From Octopus vulgaris (taxonomy: Eukaryota): a stretch of 64,000 nucleotides of DNA. The stretch is from positions 95,480,001-95,544,000 of the forward strand of contig OX597816.1 of the NCBI GenBank assembly GCA_951406725.2, read 5' to 3'. The stretch's first letter is position 1; each line of letters begins with the position of its first letter. This document shows, piece by piece, positions 56,561 through 64,000 of the stretch. The notes under the pieces were generated by a model. It was given only the letters and a program-made list of their open reading frames with translations, had not been told where the DNA came from and did not search any database. Both the position numbers and the translations under genes were made by a program.

Positions 56561-58299
56561 TTGTAATAAGAATAAATAGAGTATTGACTTTCGTTTGAGT
56601 ACGATATGGTTTAGAAAAACAGAAACTATGTAAATTGTGCATTTGTATAGTATAGATACAATATAATACATACTCATTTGGTCATGATTAGGATCCCGGC
56701 TGGGACATGTGATGATGGCTGCTTCTCTCAGGACCTCCTGGAGGAGGTGTCTTCAGACTCTATCCCTATGACCTTCATAAGAAGAGCAGGCAGAGATGAA
56801 TGGATGAATGGATGGATGAATAGAAAGTTGTAGAGTGTGGAGTTGTTATTCAGAAACATTCTGTTTTTCTCTCCATTTTTAAGAATTATTCATATTCACC
56901 AATTTGGTGACAGTACCTAATTTCTTACATATGTTCATTGCTTTTCATTTTTTTGTGTGTTTCCTTCTCTCTTATGGCCTTCAAAGCATGCAACCGCCGT
57001 ATCACTTTACATTTTTCGGAATTTTATTCTAAATTATACATTTTAACATAGAAGATTGCAGTTCTGCCAAAGGATGTTTTACTCTTAAAACTGAATTTTA
57101 GAAAGTTAACTTTCTCATTCTACCAAATGAAAGGTATGACTGGGCGAGGGTCTGGTAGAAATATTTAGGTCAGCATGAACGTCCTGATTTGTTTCTTCTG
57201 AAAGTTTTGCAGGTTGAAATTTATGAGAATTTTTAAAAGCCCTTGGCTTGAGAATTTTGGTCTGTTCGGAAACGACTCTAAAGACATGGCCATGATGGAT
57301 CTGCTAACAAACTGCATCCTCGTTGTGTGCCGCGCAGGATGATGAGACTGTCGGGCTCACTACACTGGTTCGATACTCCCTCACTGTTGATGTGTGAATT
57401 TATATTGAGCAGATCTTATCACGTGTAAAAAGGACCAGAATATCAGTCGAGTATATCATGAAGATCATCCTACCACTTTTTTTAGAGGAAGAACAAGTAA
57501 ATTTCTAATCGATGTTTATACCATGTAAAGCGCTCAACCGTTTCGATAATGTAACGAAAACACTAATGGATTTATGTCGAATAAGTTTTATTACTTTCAG
57601 GAAGGATACATCCACCAGCTGAGTTTATCTTTAAGAACACCACACCGCTGACTTATGGTAAAGCACAGTCGTAAGTACTCTCTCTGGTGGCTGTAGCAAA
57701 GTAAGCTGCAATATTAACATGTTGACCGGTTTGAGGACAAAAACATTTCTTCTCGAGCTAAACCCTCAGCATCTTATTCAATTGCCGGTTAAAAAAGGTG
57801 CTACCACCCAGTAAATTTATGAACGTTGTGTGAAAGTTCAAAAACTGTCATGATTAAATGGATCTGGTCCAATGCAGTTATAATTTGGTGGCAAGAAAGA
57901 GGCAAATCTGTTGAATTTGGCGCACCAGAGTAACTCGGGGTTTCGTTTGGAACACGATAAAATATTTTTGGTCGTTTCACCCCACCATTTCGGTCATTCT
58001 TTCTTGCTGATATTTAGCTGCGGTATATAATTATCGATATTTATAGTTATCTATTAAGTACTATACTATTAACGTTATTGTTGATTCCAGCGTTTTACTC
58101 AAAAGTTACGCTGTTTCTTGTTAGTTGTTCACTTTTGTATTTCTCCTTTCAAAGTTTTCGAACTTTTTGATCCAGTGGGGCTAATAAAATGCACTATTGT
58201 TGTTGTTATTATTATTCTAGTCAAATACTGGAAGCCAGTAATCGAAGAGTCCTCACACCCAAAATGTCAGGCCTTGTGTTTATCGTAGAAATTTCCATT

Positions 58300-59275
58300 A
58301 TTAGATACATTTTACCCGCACTTTCTAGTCTCTGTAATTCAGTAGCTAGGTCATGATACTTTGATATTTTTTCTATACCTCTCGTATTGATTTTTCATCA
58401 TTTGTGACTGTCAAGTAAATTATCTGGCACTTTCTATTCTCTTTGTCTACTACTACTATGTCAGGCCTTCTAGCTTCTCTTACTCTGTCAGTCTGAATAT
58501 TAAAGTTTCACAACATCTTATATTTATTACTTTCTAGTACTTTACTTGGTTCATGTTAATACCATTTATCATTATGTTCAAATCCTAGCTTTCTACGTAA
58601 CTTCCAGTGGATTACTCTCCTTAGATTGTCATGTCTTTTCTTGTATTCTTCCTGTGCCAGCATGCTACATTCACTTACTATATCACTACAACTTTTCTCT
58701 TTTGGTTTGCATAACCTACATTGAGAATCTGCTTGCTTTTTGTCTATCTTGTTTTTTATCCAATTAGTTCTTAATGATTGATCTTGTGCTGTTACTAACA
58801 AAATTTCTGTTTCCCTGTTTGAGCCTTCCTTTCTACAACCATAACCATGTCTCACTACTACCATTTGCCGTAACTATATTTGGGAATCTGCCATGCAAAT
58901 CATTCTACTGCCAATTAGATAATGCCTGTTCTTTTTTCTGGTTTTTAACTTAGTTTAGTTTTTTTTGTTTCCCTATATCCTGCTCTGACTCTACTAGCAG
59001 TTAATAAGCTTCCTTCACTATTACCTACATAGGAATCTATATCTACACAACGGAACTCTGCACATACTTTTTACTGATATTAGTCCTCTTTCTAGATAAG
59101 TATAATCTTGCTACTCCTGCCCTTGGGTGGCGCCCTCTATTCATATTATATTCCTTCCTAGTTCTGCTTGCTTTGCTAATTCAGTTTTTATCCAATCTAC
59201 AAAAGCTGCTGAGTATCTAATTAATGATACTACCCAAGTATTTATAGCCTACACTAGATTCAGACAATTTACCTT
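58300..59275 (-). mobile_element. R4/Dong-clade LINE fragment
   Basis: ETEILLVTAQDQSLRTNWIK...CRLCK...IVSECSMLAQEEYKKRHD...IHWKL...KWY; RPDIVVVDK. Confidence 0.9.
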
Positions 59276-59549
59276 CTTCACCTAAAAGTTCATCCTTTTA
59301 AAAGTTTTGCTGTGGTTTACAGTCTTTGTAGTTGTGCAGTATGTATATATTAGCAGGTGCTTAGTTCCTTAATTTTCTATCGTGCATTTAATTGTGCTGT
59401 TACAGTAAAATACCTGTTTACATATTCTGTTAGTCAGGGAAGAATGGAAGAAAGCACTTCATATAATTGGTCCTTAATGCTTGTTCCTGAGCTGCACATA
59501 ATGATTTTTCCTGTAGTTGGTACCTGGGGTACGAACTAAAGGAAAACTC

Positions 59550-60938
59550 TTTATTATTATCATTTTTTTCTTTCACTTTCGTTTCAAATTCTTACTGAGT
59601 ATCTCCCTGACACCTAGGGCAAAGAAACTTACTGTGTAAAAGGATAGGCCATTAACATAAACACGCCAGATAGTACATTTACAAAATCAACTGAATTTAT
59701 GTGAAAGAAAGAAAAACAAGAATAATTATTTACTGGGGTGGTAATCGTTCTCACAGCAACGATATTCTCAATATATTTCATGTAGCAGCTAAAACAATCT
59801 TTTGCACTTTCTTCATGGATGGTAAGCTAGGCATCAAGTAATTTGCAGTTACTCTTTATATTTTCTGAGGTTGTCAAATTATTTTGCAGAGATGTTATGA
59901 TCACAAGGAACGCTCATGTCGATCAATAAACAAACTTTATTGCTTTGGTTTTTCACAACAATTTATCAACCAATTGTTCCCATTTATCAACCAATTGTTC
60001 ATACGCTTTTTTCTTTGCCATTGCTTTCACCTTTGCAGCAACAGTTGCAGCACTTCCAACATGCTCTTCAGCCTGGTTATTATGTATGAACTCAGTGGCA
60101 AATGTGTTGATCTCCTTCATGACAAAACGAAGCTTCTTACGCCTCTCGTGGTTTTCAACGTGTTTTCGCATCCAGTCGTTAGATGTTTCAAGATATTCGG
60201 CTAGTCCAATTGTGGTGGATTTGTAAAAGATTTCAAATGGGATCTGGGAAAGTAAAGACGATCTGAATCTTCTTTTGAGTGGTACATCTTATTGCAAATT
60301 AGCAGCTAACGAATTTTTCGGTCAATTCTTTTTTTATCTCACTGATATTCCAGTTTAACACATTTAAACTATAGATAACGACAGGAAGTGCTAAAAGGAA
60401 TTTATAGCTAACACCTTGTTAGGTGCATTTAGCTCAGGTTTCAGCACTGCTCGAAATTCTCCACTGACATTGCTTCCTGATCTGGTCTTTCATGCTTGAA
60501 TGCTGACTGCCAGGTCTTTCATTGATTTCGAGGTTTTGTAAATTTGTTCCTGCTCAAGTTTTTTTTATAACTGTGTCGCATCTAACACGGCTGAATTTAA
60601 AGTGTTCAATTTCCCTTTCTGCAAAGTGGCCTCCGCATATTTATCAAGACCAAATTCTATCCCGATGTCATTACTGAATGCTCTCACAGTACATAATATG
60701 CCTTCTGGTTAATTATTTTCTCTGCCATAAAATTTTAAGTCTTTCATATAAATATATGGCGTATTTTTGTATCGTCAAATTTATAACCATACCCTGTTAG
60801 GTTCACTTGTAAGGGGTATTAGGGCTATGCAAAAAATTAGAGGTGAAAATGAGTCACCTTGAAAAATGCCACAGCTGAAGTTAATATTTTTTGAAGCTAG
60901 TCCTCCATTAGAATGGTATTATTGGAGATTCGTATTCC

Positions 60939-60940
<2 letters not shown>
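59550..60940 (-). mobile_element. R4/Dong-clade LINE fragment (RT to 3' end, internally deleted)
   Basis: GIFQGDSFSPLIFCIALIPL, YMKDLK (YMDDLK), FSNDIGIEFGLDK, HVENHERRKKL; short TAA-type tail at ~59550 and (TTA)n at 60941. Confidence 0.85.
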
Positions 60941-60995
<55 letters not shown>

Positions 60996-61469
60996 GAGTG
61001 AGAGAGCAGTTCATGCCATCAAAGTGACACTGGGGTAAAATATACGAAGCCCAATATACCCATCATGACTACCCGTCTGATAAAGGTACACCAGGCACAT
61101 GCATCACAACCATATGTGCGCGACATGATGATCTCATATCAAGATAAACAGCACATGACCTTGCGGGTGGGGCCCAGTTAGAATTTTCTTCAGGTTGAGT
61201 AGCCCATCCCGCTCAAACGGTCCCTGAATAAGGGTTGTTTAAGGATGTTGAAAGAACCACCCATGTTTCCAAAGGTGAACTATTCAAACCCCAAAGAATC
61301 CCTCTCAACACATGGCTATGATGCTCCCCCACTACTTCTGCTCATGATCAGAGATGCACATATCGTCAGCCACTAAGGGACATGCTCAACTGGTTAAGGT
61401 CAAACAACTGACAAGCAAATCTGTGGTATTGAGCAGAATATTTGCTGTAGCCCATCTTTTATACCAAGA

Positions 61470-61470
<1 letters not shown>
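60996..61470. mobile_element. 475-bp non-coding element embedded in a (TAA)n array; unclassified, probably non-autonomous
   Basis: Sharp boundaries against pure (TTA)n on both sides; higher GC than the flanks; no ORF, TIR or tRNA head seen. Confidence 0.6.
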
Positions 61471-61551
<81 letters not shown>

Positions 61552-61552
61552 G

Positions 61553-61642
<90 letters not shown>

Positions 61643-61666
61643 TAATTATTATTATTATCATCAACA

Positions 61667-61759
<93 letters not shown>

Positions 61760-61819
61760 GTAGTAGTAGTAGTAGTAGTTGTATAATTATTATTATCATC
61801 ATCATCATCATCATCATCA

Positions 61820-61877
<58 letters not shown>

Positions 61878-61882
61878 CATTA
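61471..61882. repeat. Long compound (ATT)/(AGT)/(ATC) array
   Basis: Direct reading. Confidence 0.97.
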
Positions 61883-62649
61883 TCCAAATTCTCTACGACA
61901 AAAACAAAATATCCTCATCCTCTTCACCCCCTTCATCATCGGCATCATCGTATTCTCAAAACTTTCATGCGTATTTTTGCAGCAGCATCAAATGTACTTC
62001 TGCCCCATAAGCATAGCATTTTTGTTCTTTGTTATCTCGCTTTTCTGGTGTACAATTGTGGTATACATACTATAACTGTTCTCCTTTGTTGTTTTCTTTG
62101 CTTTGTTCCTGTTTATTTTACATGATTTTATTGTTTCGTCCCTTTGTTGCGCAGAGTAAGTGCAATATGAGATGAGTTATTATGCTTAAAGTGTATTTGA
62201 TTAATTGTTTCTATGGGGACTTTTTATGATCTTCATTATTATTTGGTATTTTAGTACTTCTTTTCATATCCTTTCCTTTTTGGCCTTAATACCTTACATT
62301 TTATTATGTAGTAGGCTCTGTAATATTTCCTATTGTCTTTTGAGGGCATATTTTTCGTATTGCTTTTTTTCTTCGCTGGAGGCTTATGTGTTTTGCGTGT
62401 AGGGCTTCTGTTGTAGCATTCGCCATGCTATATGATATATCTTTCTGTTTTATTTTATTTTCAATATGAATTCTTTCTATTGGGTATTTTATTTATTTCT
62501 TCCTTTTTTTTTATCTAATTTTACTTTTATTATAATTTTCTTCATATATTTTTTCATTCGTGTTTCTCTCAATAAGTTCGACGTCTTTTATAGTGATTTA
62601 TTTTTGTGTTTGATAGGGTATTGATACGTAATAGGAATGTAGAAATTTT

Positions 62650-62707
62650 GTCGTCATTGTTATCATCATCATCGTCGTCGTCGTCGTCTTCGTCGTTGTC
62701 ATCATCT

Positions 62708-62740
<33 letters not shown>

Positions 62741-62775
62741 TCGTCGTCTTCGTCGTTGTCATCATCTTCGTCGAC
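62650..62775. repeat. (TCG)/(TCA) array with a duplicated higher-order unit
   Basis: tcgtcgtcttcgtcgttgtcatcatcttcgtcg occurs twice. Confidence 0.9.
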
Positions 62776-62971
62776 ATCGATAGCACTTTGAACAAAATGC
62801 GTAGCGGCGGTTCTTTCGGCTCTTTAAATTCTGTGTCCAAATACTACTGGGGTGAACTTCACCTTTCATCTGTCGGATCGTTGAAATAAATATCGGACGA
62901 ATACTAGTGTCTATGTAATCGAATAACCTCCTCCCACTAAAGTTGCTGGCCTTTTGACGTAATTATTATTA

Positions 62972-63640
62972 TTTTGATTTGGCTCAGATTCGTTCTTGTT
63001 CCTGGTAGGAATAATGTGGATAGCGTGTTACTACCTGTAACTTTAAGTAGACACAAGTTCTCAGCAGTCTTTCAATTGCTTAGAACCCTCCTGATAATCC
63101 ATGCTGTCCCCAAGAGCCACACTCACTATAGGAGCTCTACCGGACATTCTTTTCCAGTCTCCTTCAGCCACTTGTCTATATTTTGGTTTACTGTTCCCAA
63201 CGAACCAATTACCTTTACAGTTCGAATGCTTCAAATTCTTCATCTTTACGATCCTAGAATCAAACGAGCATGAGGAGTCGATCAGTAAGAAACTTCGCTT
63301 TTCCTTATATATAATCTTTATGCCTGGTCGATTATTTTCTAATTTTTTGTCCCTTTGAATACGAAAGTCCCACAAGATCTTACATTTCTCCGACTCCAGT
63401 ACTCTTTCGGCTCGACGACTGTACCATGTGTTTCCAGTTTCAAAACTCTGGCGCAGTTTCCAGTGTAAAACGTTTACGGCCTGGTCATGCCTCCATTTCT
63501 TAAATTTTTCCTCTGCCAACTTGGGGCATTCTGTGTGCTACTGTCTCGTTCCAAGTTCCACAGGCACTAATATTTTTCTCACACATTCTTTCCATGTGTA
63601 TATTTTTTCTCAAGTTGTTTCTTTTTTATCACTTGATATT
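62972..63640 (-). mobile_element. R4/Dong-clade LINE RLE fragment
   Basis: ORF 63061..63519: RHDQAVNVLHWKL...WY...VLESEKCKILWDFRIQRDKKLENNRPGI...LLID...PIVSVALG; ends next to an (ATT)n stub. Confidence 0.9.
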
Positions 63641-63647
63641 ATTATCA

Positions 63648-63802
63648 TTCTTCTTCTTCTTCTTCTTCTTCTTCTTCTTCTTCTTCTTCTTCTTCTTCTT
63701 CTTCTTCTTCTTCTTCTTCTTCTTCTTCTTCTTTTTCTTCTTCGTCTTCTTTTTCTTCTCCTTCTTCTTCTTCTTCTTCTTTCACGTCTTCTTCTTCTTC
63801 TT

Positions 63803-63833
<31 letters not shown>

Positions 63834-63872
63834 TTATTATTATTATTATTAGTAGTAGTAGTAGTAGTAGTA
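63648..63872. repeat. (TTC)/(TTA)/(TAG) trinucleotide array
   Basis: Direct reading. Confidence 0.97.
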
Positions 63873-64000
63873 GCTTCCTTTCAAATTTTATGTAAGCTCC
63901 TACACAAACTGCTAACTATCCTTGTCAAGTCCACCTCATTATATGACCCTGTCACAATTAAAAGAAAGAAAAAATAATAATCCTTTTTACAATAGCTACC

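Noticed and set aside
57050-58100. Possible Tc1/maT fossil (minus strand)
   Set aside because: Motifs too degraded to call without a profile search.
61883-62630. Possible additional R4/Dong segment (A-rich minus strand)
   Set aside because: Context is suggestive but no diagnostic motif is readable.

Overview
AT-rich eukaryotic, mostly non-coding DNA. The dense (TA)n/(CA)n and trinucleotide microsatellites and the tRNA-derived SINE families resemble a coleoid cephalopod (Octopus-like) genome; this is inferred from the repeat landscape only. No intact protein-coding gene, rRNA, functional tRNA or CRISPR array is supported, and most listed ORFs are microsatellite translations. The window is a transposon graveyard: three mariner elements (two with both TIRs), a decayed Mag/K02A2.6-type Gypsy element, two L1/Tx1 LINE 3' fragments, several RTE LINE fragments, two Helitron remnants, hAT and other very old fossils, at least five SINE families, and a cluster of R4/Dong-clade LINE fragments tied to trinucleotide arrays at 51.5-64 kb. 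A possible 5' end of a minus-strand host gene lies at ~8.0-9.85 kb. The best leads are a 475-bp non-coding element inserted cleanly in a (TAA)n array among R4/Dong LINEs, a SINE that carries the 3' tail of the Tx1 LINE, a nested insertion at 24.2-28.5 kb, and ~100-bp palindromes next to (TA)n tracts. None of these proves a new biological system from sequence alone.
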